Below, piece after piece: positions 9,724-18,863 of a DNA stretch of 64,000 bases (position 1 is its first letter; the number at the start of each line of letters is the position of its first letter). The translations under genes and the position numbers were made by a program. Origin of the DNA: Christensenellaceae bacterium (GTDB lineage: Bacteria > Bacillota > Clostridia > Christensenellales > Borkfalkiaceae). The DNA lies in assembly GCA_034104345.1 (NCBI GenBank), contig JAXEDY010000015.1, positions 2,891 to 66,890 on the forward strand, in the 5' to 3' direction. The notes beneath the pieces were generated by a model. The model ran no database searches and was not told the DNA's origin. It saw only the letters and a program-made list of their open reading frames with translations.

Positions 9724-12700
9724 TTATTCTGCTTTGTTGTCGTCTGCCGCAGGAGCATCGGCTTTTTCTTCGGTTGCCTCCGCGGTTTCGGCAGGCGTTT
9801 CGCTTGCTTCGGGAACTTCCGCAGATTCTTCAACTACTTCGTTTTCCGGTTCAACCGCTTCGTTTTCATCGGGCTCGACGTTATTTTCCATATTGTCGTA
9901 GTCGTAAGGTTTAACTTCGGCTTGTTCTTCGGCTTCGTCGTCGGGATTATCATCGACTGCCGCTTTGCTTGCCGATTTTACCTTTTTGTCGGCTATTGCG
10001 GCGTGCGCTTTGTCGCGGCTGTCGCGGTTATAATAGGTTTTTGTAACCGCTTTGTTTTTGCCCGATTTTTTAACGATCATTTTGACAAGAACTATCACAA
10101 GAAGAACAATCAATACGGCGGCGATTATAATAGAAGTTATCTGAAGAGCCCAACTGAACGATTGATCGTCGTTGGTGTCGGTAGACGAATCGCTCGAAGA
10201 CTCGTCGGACGTAACGCCTGCGGTTCTTTTATCTACTTCGTGCGTAACGTCGATGGTTTCGAACGTACCAACGATAGCTTTGCTGTTTTTATAAACGGTG
10301 AATACTGCGCTTTCGTCGTAAGTGATGGTCTTTTCGGAATATTTCTTACCGGTAAGGCTGTTCGTAAGCGAGCCTTTATCGTCGTCGTATTTGATGACCG
10401 TGGGCTTTCTGGTATAGTTGGTAACTTCGGCGGTTTCGTCGCCGTCGCCTTCATAATTGTTGAAAAGTTCGGTTTTAAAATCCTCGATATCAACGGTGGT
10501 TTTCGAAACAGAATCGAACAGAACAACGCCGCTTGATTTGGTTTCGCCGTCGCGCGAACCGTTAAAGAGTTCGATGCGAACGTTCTTCGACGAATTGCCG
10601 GTTGTTACCACGAAACGAACGATATACCAACCGTCGTCGGTAATCGACTGATAGCCCGAAGTAACTTCGGTTGCAAAGGGCTTGTTAACTGCGGCTACGT
10701 CGTCGTAAGCCTCGCCGTTTACAGCGAGCATTCCGAATCCGTCGAGTGCGTTGGCGTCGGCAAGATATACAAACGCTTTGGCGTCGCCCAAAGTTTTAAC
10801 CTTAACGGTGAAAAGGGTGGTGGTGTTAGCCGCAAGAGTTTGCGATTCGCCGTAGAAGCCGTAACTCGTAGCGGCGGTGTTGTTTATAATAAGGGGTTGT
10901 AAATATTTGTTGGTTGAATTGTATTTACCGAGTTTTTTAATTTCGGCAATCTGCGCGTCGGTAAGTTTTGCCGAGTTACCGCTTGCAAGTTTTTCGGTGT
11001 TGATAACGCCCGCAATCGAGTTTTCGTCGACGTAAACGTTGTCGCTATTACCGCCTACCGCAACCGAGCCGCCCTTAACGCCCTTATAACCGATTACGTT
11101 TTTGGCAACGCCGTTTTTAATCTCGAGCGCGTCTGCAACGGAATAAGCGAAACCGTAAGAATCGGTGCTTTCGTCGTCGCCTTTAACGCCGTTCGGAAGG
11201 TCTGCCGTAAGGCTTACTTTAACCGCGTCGGAAGTGTTTGCATAGTTATATTCGCTTTCGGTAAGTTCTTTTGCTTCGAAGTTGGCGATTACGAAGAAGC
11301 CTTTTGCTTTTTTCCAGTTGTCGCCGTCGTTGTTACCGAACGAGAAAGTGAGCGAAAAGTTTCTTGCAGCGGGCGACGCTTCGGCTGCGTCGATGGTGTT
11401 CGAAACTAAAACCGTATATCTGCGCCAGCCGTTGTTGTCTTCGTTTTCGTAACCGTCGGTGCAGACGTTATCGGCAACCGAAGTGGTCTTCTTGTCGGTT
11501 TCTAAGGTGCCGGTTTTGCCGAGATCGTTTACGGTAATGGTAAGACCGGTTCTGGTTTTAACTTCGAGCGAAGATTTAACGAAGAACGTATATGCGTAAT
11601 ATTTGCCCGAACCTACTACGAACGGAGAAGTGGTATATTCGAACTTACCGTCGTCGGAATCGGTAGCGGTGTTTTTAATCGCATAAATCGCTTTGCCTTC
11701 GCGCGAAAGGGGAGCAACTACTTTATCGTCGCCTACGAATTCGGTCGCGTTAACTGCGTTTATTGCGGTTGCAACGCTTACGTCGCTGCCGTTTAAGTCG
11801 GCTTTACCGCCTACAACGCTGCCGCCGAAGTTAACGCTTGCATAAGAAGCGCCCGCGTGGTTAACGGCGTATACCTTTTCGGCATATTCTTTATCGGCAT
11901 TGGGTTTGGTTGTGTTATCGGCTTTTGCTATAAGCGCGCTTTCGCTTGCTTTGTCGCCGTTTGCTTCGAACAGGTTAAAGGTTTTGCTTACGCCCGAAAC
12001 CTTTGCGAAATCGGCCGCCGAAAGTTCGGTGAAATTAACGTCGTCGAAATAAGCGAAACCTTCAACGTATTCGTCTTTAAATTTGCCCGAACCGAAACCT
12101 AAGCCTAAAATTACTTTAAACGAAGAATCGGTAAGGTCGTTCGCCGTAAGATAGAAAGTGTATTTAACCCATTCGCCCTTGGTGTCGATATTTTTGATAA
12201 CGACGGGGTTAAGCGACGACGAAACGGTATTTTCGATAGCGACGTATGCGCCGAAATCGCTTGCGTTATAAGCCGATTTAAGCCCATAGGTTTTTACCCA
12301 AAGCGAAATTTTACCGTATTTGCCTTTTGTAAGCGAAAGTGAAGAACTCGACGTAAATTTTTGCGCGGTGCCTTCGCCGGCGTCGCCCGTGGCGTTGTGG
12401 ATCATAAGGACTTTGTCCCCTTTCATGGGGAGCTTGTCGTCGTTTACGGTTTTACCGCTTTCGTTACGAACGACGTATTCGCCTTCTTTAACGAGAGAAC
12501 TATAATAGGGGGTTTGCGGATTGTAATAAGTTCCGTCTTCGAGTTTTGCAAAGCCCGCTTTCTCGGCAATTTCGTTATAAGCGGTTTCGTCGGTGTTGAT
12601 TATGCCCGAAGAATATGTAGACGACGGAGCATAAGACGAATTATACGAATCGCGCGTTAACGACCAGCCGATCGACGACGAAACGGGGAAGTTTTTCGCT

Positions 12701-12906
12701 TCGGTTTTAAAGGTCGAGAACTCGAAGTCGCCGTTCGTCACCGACTGAACGTCGGTGGGGTAAACAGTTTCGTCTTTTGAAGAAGACGAACTGCTTGAGC
12801 CGTTGCTGTTCGAACAAGCCCCGGTAAAGGCAAGCGAGCAGCAAAGAACGAGCGAAAGAATGAGAACTGTCAGAGTTTTGAAGTTAAACTTGGTTGCTGT
12901 TTTCAT
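9724..12906 (-). CDS. Large cell-surface lipoprotein with C-terminal TM anchor and acidic tail, unknown function
   Basis: 1060 aa. Lipobox LAFTGAC and a Ser-rich linker. Several jelly-roll/CBM-like repeats (KISLWVKTYG, YAYTFFVKSS, LFTVKVKTLG, YIVRFVVTTG). TM helix IIIAAVLIVLLVIVLV followed by a D/E-rich tail. SD AAAGGTG. Confidence 0.8.
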   Translation of the reverse strand: MKTATKFNFKTLTVLILSLVLCCSLAFTGACSNSNGSSSSSSSKDETVYPTDVQSVTNGDFEFSTFKTEAKNFPVSSSIGWSLTRDSYNSSYAPSSTYSSGIINTDETAYNEIAEKAGFAKLEDGTYYNPQTPYYSSLVKEGEYVVRNESGKTVNDDKLPMKGDKVLMIHNATGDAGEGTAQKFTSSSSLSLTKGKYGKISLWVKTYGLKSAYNASDFGAYVAIENTVSSSLNPVVIKNIDTKGEWVKYTFYLTANDLTDSSFKVILGLGFGSGKFKDEYVEGFAYFDDVNFTELSAADFAKVSGVSKTFNLFEANGDKASESALIAKADNTTKPNADKEYAEKVYAVNHAGASYASVNFGGSVVGGKADLNGSDVSVATAINAVNATEFVGDDKVVAPLSREGKAIYAIKNTATDSDDGKFEYTTSPFVVGSGKYYAYTFFVKSSLEVKTRTGLTITVNDLGKTGTLETDKKTTSVADNVCTDGYENEDNNGWRRYTVLVSNTIDAAEASPAARNFSLTFSFGNNDGDNWKKAKGFFVIANFEAKELTESEYNYANTSDAVKVSLTADLPNGVKGDDESTDSYGFAYSVADALEIKNGVAKNVIGYKGVKGGSVAVGGNSDNVYVDENSIAGVINTEKLASGNSAKLTDAQIAEIKKLGKYNSTNKYLQPLIINNTAATSYGFYGESQTLAANTTTLFTVKVKTLGDAKAFVYLADANALDGFGMLAVNGEAYDDVAAVNKPFATEVTSGYQSITDDGWYIVRFVVTTGNSSKNVRIELFNGSRDGETKSSGVVLFDSVSKTTVDIEDFKTELFNNYEGDGDETAEVTNYTRKPTVIKYDDDKGSLTNSLTGKKYSEKTITYDESAVFTVYKNSKAIVGTFETIDVTHEVDKRTAGVTSDESSSDSSTDTNDDQSFSWALQITSIIIAAVLIVLLVIVLVKMIVKKSGKNKAVTKTYYNRDSRDKAHAAIADKKVKSASKAAVDDNPDDEAEEQAEVKPYDYDNMENNVEPDENEAVEPENEVVEESAEVPEASETPAETAEATEEKADAPAADDNKAE

Positions 12907-13199
12907 ATTTCACCTTTTTTTGTTTTTGTGTGATAATTAGCACTTTGATTATTATACTATAATTGAAAAGATATTGCAACGCTTTTAAAGGTTTTTTTTG
13001 ATTTTGACTATAATGTTTTTGCGCGCGCCTGCCCATACGCCCGCATGTGCGCGCATGCGCGAGCGAATAGCGGGAAGTTAGTTGGCTAAGGCGCGTTTTT
13101 GCGGCGGTTTTTAAATCAAAAAACGTAAGTTTTCGGGCTGAAAAAAAAGTTCGCCTTAAAAATTTGCCTAAAAATAAAATTATTGCGCAAACTCGTTTT

Positions 13200-13592
13200 A
13201 TGGCAGAAAACAACGTTTGCGAAAATAAGGAAAACGCAAAAAAACGCCTTTTAATCGAAACGGGCGTGGGCGCTTTGGGCGGCTTTATAAACGGATTTTT
13301 CGGCGGCGGGGGCGGGATGATAATAGTGCCGCTTTTAATTTACGCGCTTAAATACGAACGGAAAAAGGCTCACGCAAGTTGCATTGCGGTTATTTTGCCC
13401 GTTACGGTTATAAGCGGAATAATTTATCTTTTCGGCGGAAAAATCACTTGGGGTAATTTAATTCCGTCTACGGTCGGTGTGGCGGCGGGCGGCGTTTTGG
13501 GCGCGCTTTTGCTTAAAAAAATAAAGGCAAAAATTTTGGGTTATGCCTTTTGCGTTATTATGATAGTCGCAGGATTTAAAATGATTTTTTAG
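13200..13592 (+). CDS. TSUP/TauE-SafE family permease, N-terminal 4-TM half
   Basis: Contains the GFFGGGGGMIIVPLL motif and four predicted TM helices. The ATG at 13200 is preferred over the TTG at 13164. Confidence 0.7.
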   Translation: MAENNVCENKENAKKRLLIETGVGALGGFINGFFGGGGGMIIVPLLIYALKYERKKAHASCIAVILPVTVISGIIYLFGGKITWGNLIPSTVGVAAGGVLGALLLKKIKAKILGYAFCVIMIVAGFKMIF

Positions 13593-13620
13593 CAGTCTTT
13601 TTTTATGGAATAAATAAACC

Positions 13621-13653
13621 GAAAGTGCCGTTAACGGGCTTATATCGGCACTT
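13621..13653 (+). repeat. Hairpin-repeat family copy R2 (variant loop CGTTAACGGGCTTATAT)
   Basis: GAAAGTGCCGTTAACGGGCTTATATCGGCACTT, near-identical to R4 at 29627-29660. It lies in the 110-bp gap between the two TauE halves. Confidence 0.7.
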
Positions 13654-13702
13654 ATTGCGTTTTTAATCGTTTTTTTTCGGTGATTATCGAAACTTTACAT
13701 AT

Positions 13703-14074
13703 ATGCTTTTATTCTTTTTGTTGTTTTTGGCGGGGTTTTTAAGCGGCGTTCTGGGCGGAATGGGAATGGGCGGCGGAACCGTGCTTATCCCCGCGCTTAC
13801 CATATTTTTTTCGATAGGGCAAACCGAAGCGCAGGGAATAAACCTTATAAGTTTTATCCCCATGGCGATAATCGCCGTTATAATACACGCTAAAAACAGG
13901 TTGATAAAATTTAAAGACGTTTTAAAAATTGCCATTCCTGCATCGGTTTTCGCTTTGAGCGGAAGTTTTTTGGTAAGAGTTATCGAAGGGGATCTGCAAA
14001 CCAAACTTTTCGGCGGTTTTCTGGTTATATTGTCTGTTGTTCAATTTTTTATGATAAAAAAAGAAAACGGGTAA
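13703..14074 (+). CDS. TSUP/TauE-SafE family permease, C-terminal 4-TM half
   Basis: Contains the LGGMGMGGGTVLIPAL motif and four TM helices. It is in a different reading frame from the upstream half. Confidence 0.7.
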   Translation: MLLFFLLFLAGFLSGVLGGMGMGGGTVLIPALTIFFSIGQTEAQGINLISFIPMAIIAVIIHAKNRLIKFKDVLKIAIPASVFALSGSFLVRVIEGDLQTKLFGGFLVILSVVQFFMIKKENG

Positions 14075-14400
14075 ATTTTATTTTTATTACTCGTTTTTTA
14101 TTTGTGCAAAATGCCGAACAAAAAAAGAATGAATAATTATTAAAAAATATGAAAAAATCTGTGAAAACCATAGTAAAAGAATGCATAAAAAGAGAAAAAC
14201 CTCTAAAAGGAAGTAAACGCTCGGCATTTTAAAAAACAAAAATCGAAAAAGTTGCACAAATTTTTTAAAAACCCCTTTATTTATCTTTAAAAATATGATA
14301 TAATAACCGCAGAAAAAATTTCTTGAAAAAAATCATCGGCAAAAGTTCGCGTCTTAAAATCGGCCGCGATATTTTTACGCCGAGGATACGGAGATAAAAA

Positions 14401-15915
14401 GTGGAAAAGATAGGCATTATCGATTTAGGATCGAACACCGCAAGATTGGTTATTGTGCAAATGCTCGGCGACGGGCACTTTTTCGTCGTAGATCAGCTTA
14501 AAGAAAGCGTAAGGCTCGGCAAAGATATGGAGCGCGACGGATTTTTGAAGGTCGCAAGAATACAGGAAACTTTAAAAACCCTTAGAATGTTCCGCCGTTT
14601 GTGCGACGCCCACGGGATAGACAGAATAATCGCGGTTGCGACCGCTGCCGTCCGCCGCGCCAAAAATCAGCGCAGTTTTCTCGACGAAGTTGCAACCACC
14701 TGCGGCATTAAATTAAAAGTATTGTCTGCCGAAGAAGAAGCGTTATACGTTTATCGCGGCGTTATAAACACTATGGACGTGCCCAAGGGCGTAATAGTCG
14801 AAATCGGCGGCGGCTCTACCAAAATCGTTTATTACAACCGCAGAAATTTACTGCATCACGAAACTTTGCCGTTCGGCGCGGTAACTTTAACCGAACTTTT
14901 TGCGGGCGACGGGCTTACCCCCGAAGAACAAACCGAAAAAATCGAAGAATTTTTCACCGAGCAACTTAAAAAAATCGACTGGCTCGACGAAATAGACCCC
15001 GAAGCGCAACTTATCGGCGTAGGCGGTTCGTGCAGAAGTTTGGCGAGAATAAGCAAGGTTATGAAAAAAAGTCAATACACGCTCGTTCATAACTACCGTA
15101 TTCCGCGCGAAGATTTTACGACCATATACAATACCGTCCGCGTTCTCGATTTAGACAAAAAGAAACGCATAAAAGGCGTATCGCCTGCCCGTGCAGACAT
15201 TTTACCGGGGGCTTTGGCGGCTTTATCGTCGATTGTCAAGTTTAAAAACTTTAACGAAATAGTAATTTCGGGTTGCGGTTTAAGGGAAGGCATTATGTTC
15301 AACTACGCTATGCCCATAACGCTTGAAAAACCCATAAGCGACGTTTTAACTTACAGTTTGCGCACGCTCAACAAATATTACGGTTGCAACGAAAAACACA
15401 TCGAACAGGTTTTAAACCTTTCGGTTCAACTTTTCAAGCAACTTCGCGTTCTGCATAAATTCCCCCGTCAGTATCTGCGCATTTTAAAAATCGCGGCGTT
15501 CCTGCACGATTCGGGCACCTGCATAAGATATTACGATTATCAGAAACACAGCAGTTACATCATTTTAAACGCGGCGATTTACGGCGTGTCGCACAGAGAA
15601 ATAGTGCTTGCCGCAATGGTGGTTGCCGTTCATAAAAACGACGACTTTTCGATAAGCGACCTTGTTAAATTCAAAGAATTTATCAATGAATCAGACGTTG
15701 AAGTTATTAGAAAACTGGGCATTATTTTAAGAATTGCCGAAAGTTTAGACAGAAGCATGTCGAGTTGCGTAAGCGAGCTTAACTGCGACGTTTTAGGCGA
15801 TTCGGTTATTATGAAAACAGAACTTGCCGCCGACGCCACGCTCGAAATAAAAGACGCGATGAACGCGCAAGCCGATTTCAGAAGAATTTTCAAAAAGAAT
15901 CTGGATATTCTGTAA
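14401..15915 (+). CDS. Ppx/GppA-family phosphatase (exopolyphosphatase-like)
   Basis: Contains IIDLGSNTARLVI and EIGGGSTKIV (ASKHA fold) plus a C-terminal HD-like helical domain. GTG start with a GGAG SD. Confidence 0.88.
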   Translation: MEKIGIIDLGSNTARLVIVQMLGDGHFFVVDQLKESVRLGKDMERDGFLKVARIQETLKTLRMFRRLCDAHGIDRIIAVATAAVRRAKNQRSFLDEVATTCGIKLKVLSAEEEALYVYRGVINTMDVPKGVIVEIGGGSTKIVYYNRRNLLHHETLPFGAVTLTELFAGDGLTPEEQTEKIEEFFTEQLKKIDWLDEIDPEAQLIGVGGSCRSLARISKVMKKSQYTLVHNYRIPREDFTTIYNTVRVLDLDKKKRIKGVSPARADILPGALAALSSIVKFKNFNEIVISGCGLREGIMFNYAMPITLEKPISDVLTYSLRTLNKYYGCNEKHIEQVLNLSVQLFKQLRVLHKFPRQYLRILKIAAFLHDSGTCIRYYDYQKHSSYIILNAAIYGVSHREIVLAAMVVAVHKNDDFSISDLVKFKEFINESDVEVIRKLGIILRIAESLDRSMSSCVSELNCDVLGDSVIMKTELAADATLEIKDAMNAQADFRRIFKKNLDIL

Positions 15916-16034
15916 TAACCACGCATATTTCGCGTAATTTTCGGTTAGCCGAGCGGGATTTAAGCCCGTTAAAAATCTAACCCTAAAAATCAAATTTAAA
16001 ACATTAAAAAGAGTTCTTTCTCATATATTAAGGT

Positions 16035-17066
16035 ATGAAAAAGATACTCTTTTTTTGTTTGCCGATTTTTACATTCGTTTTATGCAGCGCGATTTTAATT
16101 TTTTTCGGGGCGAGCGACGGTAACGATTTAAGCGGCGGTAGCGGCGGAAACGTAGATATTTACCTTGAAATTTGGCAAGTCGATACGTTCGAAGGCGGCA
16201 CGGGTTCGCGCAGGGCGTATCTCGAAAGGGTGTGTAAAGCGTATTTAAAAAGCGTAAACGCAAAAAGCAAAACCGCGCGAATAACGGCGGCGGTTAAGCA
16301 GATTACGCCCGAAACTGCCGAAGAATTTTTTAAAAACGGGGTTTATCCCGATATAATTTCGTTCGGTGCCGGCTTGAATCTTCCGTATGAGCGGCTTGAA
16401 AAACTCGATTATTCGTTCGGTGCCGTCGGCGAATTCGGCGGCGAATGTTACGCGGCGGTGTGGGCGCAGGGCGCATACGCGTATATAACCCGCAAGGGCG
16501 AAACGGAAGTAAACTCGGTTATCGTTTGCGAACAAGAATATGCAAATCCTATGCTCGCGTATAAAATGTCGGGCGAAAAAATGCCCGAAAACGTTATAAA
16601 ACTCCCCGCTAAAGAAGCGGTTTACGAATTTTATAGGCGCAAAAATTGCGCGCTCATCGGAACACAGCGCGACTTGTATCGGCTTGAAAACAAAATAGAA
16701 ACCGACGTAAAACCCTTAAGCGGTTACAGCGATTTGTATTGTTGCGCCGCCGTTGTTTCAAGCGAAACGGGCGTGGCAAAAGAGCAAAGCGAAAAAATAA
16801 AAGCCGAAAAGATAAAAACGGCAAAGTCGCTTTTAAAATATATCGTCTGCACCGAAAATCCGTCGGCAAAGGCCGTAGGGCTTTTGAATTATAATGGCGA
16901 AGCAAACGATAAAAGTGCGCCTATAGGTCGATTAAACGGATATAAGCCAGAATTTGCGTTAAGCGTTTTTTCGTCGCGCGGGCAGATAGAAAATCTTAAA
17001 AAACAAACCGACGACTTTGCCAATTGCGAGCAAAATATTAAAAGTGCGCTTAAAAGATTGAAATAA
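16035..17066 (+). CDS. Membrane-anchored hypothetical protein (possibly periplasmic-binding-protein-like)
   Basis: N-terminal TM/signal anchor. No family recognised. Contains an internal copy of the hairpin repeat. Confidence 0.6.
   Translation: MKKILFFCLPIFTFVLCSAILIFFGASDGNDLSGGSGGNVDIYLEIWQVDTFEGGTGSRRAYLERVCKAYLKSVNAKSKTARITAAVKQITPETAEEFFKNGVYPDIISFGAGLNLPYERLEKLDYSFGAVGEFGGECYAAVWAQGAYAYITRKGETEVNSVIVCEQEYANPMLAYKMSGEKMPENVIKLPAKEAVYEFYRRKNCALIGTQRDLYRLENKIETDVKPLSGYSDLYCCAAVVSSETGVAKEQSEKIKAEKIKTAKSLLKYIVCTENPSAKAVGLLNYNGEANDKSAPIGRLNGYKPEFALSVFSSRGQIENLKKQTDDFANCEQNIKSALKRLK
16911..16948 (-). repeat. Hairpin-repeat family copy R3, inside a CDS
   Basis: AAAAGTGCGCCTATAGGTCGATTAAACGGATATAAGCC. 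Its reverse complement carries TTAATCGACCTATAGGCGCACTTTT. In the host ORF it encodes ..KSAPIGRLNGYKP... Confidence 0.6.
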
Positions 17067-17098
17067 AATAAAACTTGGTGTAAAATAGGAGATGATAC

Positions 17099-17983
17099 AT
17101 GAATATCGAAGGGTATATCGCGGCGCTTGAAAAAGCGGGCGTTTGCTTTAAGCAGAACGAAAGTCTGGCGACTCATACTTCTTACGGTGTGGGAGGAAAC
17201 GCCGCGGTTATGGTTTTTCCCGAAAACTGCGAGCAGATAAAAACCGCCGCGGTTTTAGCCGAAGAATTCGGCGTTGCGCGCGTTGCGCTCGGCAAAGGAA
17301 CTAACGTTTTGTGTTCTGACGGCGGATTTTGCGGCGCGGTGATAAACGTAAAGCGGGCAAGCGACGTAAAAGTAAGCGGCGTAAGCATTATTGCCGAATG
17401 CGGCGCAAGCCTTTCGCGCGTAAGGGAACTTGCCGAACTTAACTGTTTGGGCGGGCTTGAATTTTCCGAAGGTATTCCCGCTTCGATAGGCGGCGCTATT
17501 TGCATGAACGCGGGCTGTTATTTAAAAAGCGTAGGCGATAAAGTTGCCTACGTCGTTACGGATAAAGGCGTTTATAACCGGGCGGCGTGCGAATTCGATT
17601 ACAGAAAAAGCCGATTTATATCGTCGGGCGAAATAATTTTAAAGGTTTGCTTTTTATTAAAACCCGGCGAAACGGATATAATAGAAAGCAAAAAAGAAAA
17701 ATATCGCCGTATGCGCAAAAACAGCCAGCCGCACGGCAAAAGTTGCGGTTCGGTTTTTGTTAACGACGGCTATTTTGCGGGCAAACTTATCGACGCCGCA
17801 GGGCTTAAAGGCTATCGCATAGGCGGCGCGAGGGTATCTGAAAAGCACGCAAACTTTATTATCAACGACGGAAATCGGGCGCAGGATATTTACGACCTTA
17901 TTAAATTTATAAAAGAACGGGTTTTTGCCTTAAACGGCGTAAAACTTAAAGAAGAAATAAAATATATCGGAGATTTTAAATAA
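17099..17983 (+). CDS. murB: UDP-N-acetylenolpyruvoylglucosamine reductase
   Basis: FAD-binding domain (TSYGVGGNA, GKGTNVL) and C-terminal SCGSVFVN and KHANFI motifs. AGGAG SD. Confidence 0.93.
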   Translation: MNIEGYIAALEKAGVCFKQNESLATHTSYGVGGNAAVMVFPENCEQIKTAAVLAEEFGVARVALGKGTNVLCSDGGFCGAVINVKRASDVKVSGVSIIAECGASLSRVRELAELNCLGGLEFSEGIPASIGGAICMNAGCYLKSVGDKVAYVVTDKGVYNRAACEFDYRKSRFISSGEIILKVCFLLKPGETDIIESKKEKYRRMRKNSQPHGKSCGSVFVNDGYFAGKLIDAAGLKGYRIGGARVSEKHANFIINDGNRAQDIYDLIKFIKERVFALNGVKLKEEIKYIGDFK

Positions 17984-18080
17984 AAATCGACTAAAACCGA
18001 TTTATGAAAGTATGCGCTTCGTAAAAATTGCGCGTTACAAACAAAATCGCCGTAACTTTTTGATTTTAACTTGCGAAAAA

Positions 18081-18863
18081 ATGATAAACAAAGATTTTCA
18101 CACCCACACTACTTATAGCCACGGTACGGGCAGCATTATGGATAACGCGCTCGCCGCGAAAAACAAGGGGGTAGAACTCATCGGAATAGCCGACCACGGG
18201 TTCAATCACCCTTTTTATCGCGTTAAGCGCAAGCTTCTGCCGCAGATGAAAGCGGAGTGCATAGCCGCCGAAAAGCAGACGGGGGTTAAGGTTATGCTTG
18301 GAATAGAGTCGAACATTATCGGCGTTTCGGGCGCAACCGACGTAAAACCGAGCGATATGCAATATCTCGATTTATATCTTGCGGGTGTGCATCGTGCGGT
18401 TTTGTGCGACAGGTTTTCAGATTATTTTAAGTTGACCATACCGAATTATGCCGCCGCTGTTTTTAACGCGAAGCCATCGAAGAAACTTATCGAAAACTGC
18501 ACCAAGGCTTACGTCAACGCCATAAAAAACAACCCGCTCGACGTTCTTACTCACGTCAACTATTATTGTTTTGCCGATTCGCTTACGGTGGCGAAGTGTT
18601 GCGAAGATTACGGCACTTATATTGAAATAAACACCAAAAAGACGCACCTTTCCGATGAAGAATGGCAAAATATCATAGATAAAACCAACGTTAAATTCGT
18701 GGTGGATTCAGACGCGCACTCGCCTGACCGCGTAGGCGACGACAAACTTTTTTTAAGTCTTTTGTCGCGCGTGAATTTTCCCATGGATCGGATAGTAAAC
18801 GTAGATAAGCCCGAAAAGCAGGTGTTTTTAAGATTTTCGGAATATAAAAGGAGAAACGCATGA
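18081..18863 (+). CDS. PHP-domain phosphoesterase (histidinol-phosphatase family)
   Basis: Contains DFHTHTTYSHG, ADHG and DSDAHSPDRVG. The ATG at 18081 is preferred over 18012. The stop overlaps the whiA start (ATGA). Confidence 0.8.
   Translation: MINKDFHTHTTYSHGTGSIMDNALAAKNKGVELIGIADHGFNHPFYRVKRKLLPQMKAECIAAEKQTGVKVMLGIESNIIGVSGATDVKPSDMQYLDLYLAGVHRAVLCDRFSDYFKLTIPNYAAAVFNAKPSKKLIENCTKAYVNAIKNNPLDVLTHVNYYCFADSLTVAKCCEDYGTYIEINTKKTHLSDEEWQNIIDKTNVKFVVDSDAHSPDRVGDDKLFLSLLSRVNFPMDRIVNVDKPEKQVFLRFSEYKRRNA

Noticed and set aside
9922-10536. Long antisense ORFs. This one is 204 aa. Others are at 30524-31036, 33472-34014, 51571-52158, 51918-52430, 57515-58060, 60121-60654 and 62013-62561.
   Set aside because: Each lies fully inside a gene, or inside two adjacent genes, on the opposite strand that has clear family motifs. 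Their translations are low-complexity (R/F/S/A-rich) and have no SD. They are best explained by codon-bias-driven stop depletion on the antisense strand.
13164-13199. Upstream starts proposed by the ORF track: TTG 13164 for TauE, and similarly TTG 55086 for phoU, TTG 9060 for gtrA and ATG 18012 for the PHP protein
   Set aside because: In-frame downstream ATGs give N-termini that match family expectations and avoid non-homologous basic extensions. The upstream extensions lack an SD.
14108-14230. Long-range inverted repeat (AAAATGCCGAAC ... GCTCGGCATTTT) enclosing a 27-aa ORF (MKKSVKTIVKECIKREKPLKGSKRSAF) in the AT-rich region upstream of ppx
   Set aside because: The loop is about 100 nt, the ORF has no SD, there is no recognisable motif, and AT-rich DNA readily produces such features. 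It is not supportable as a gene or an RNA.
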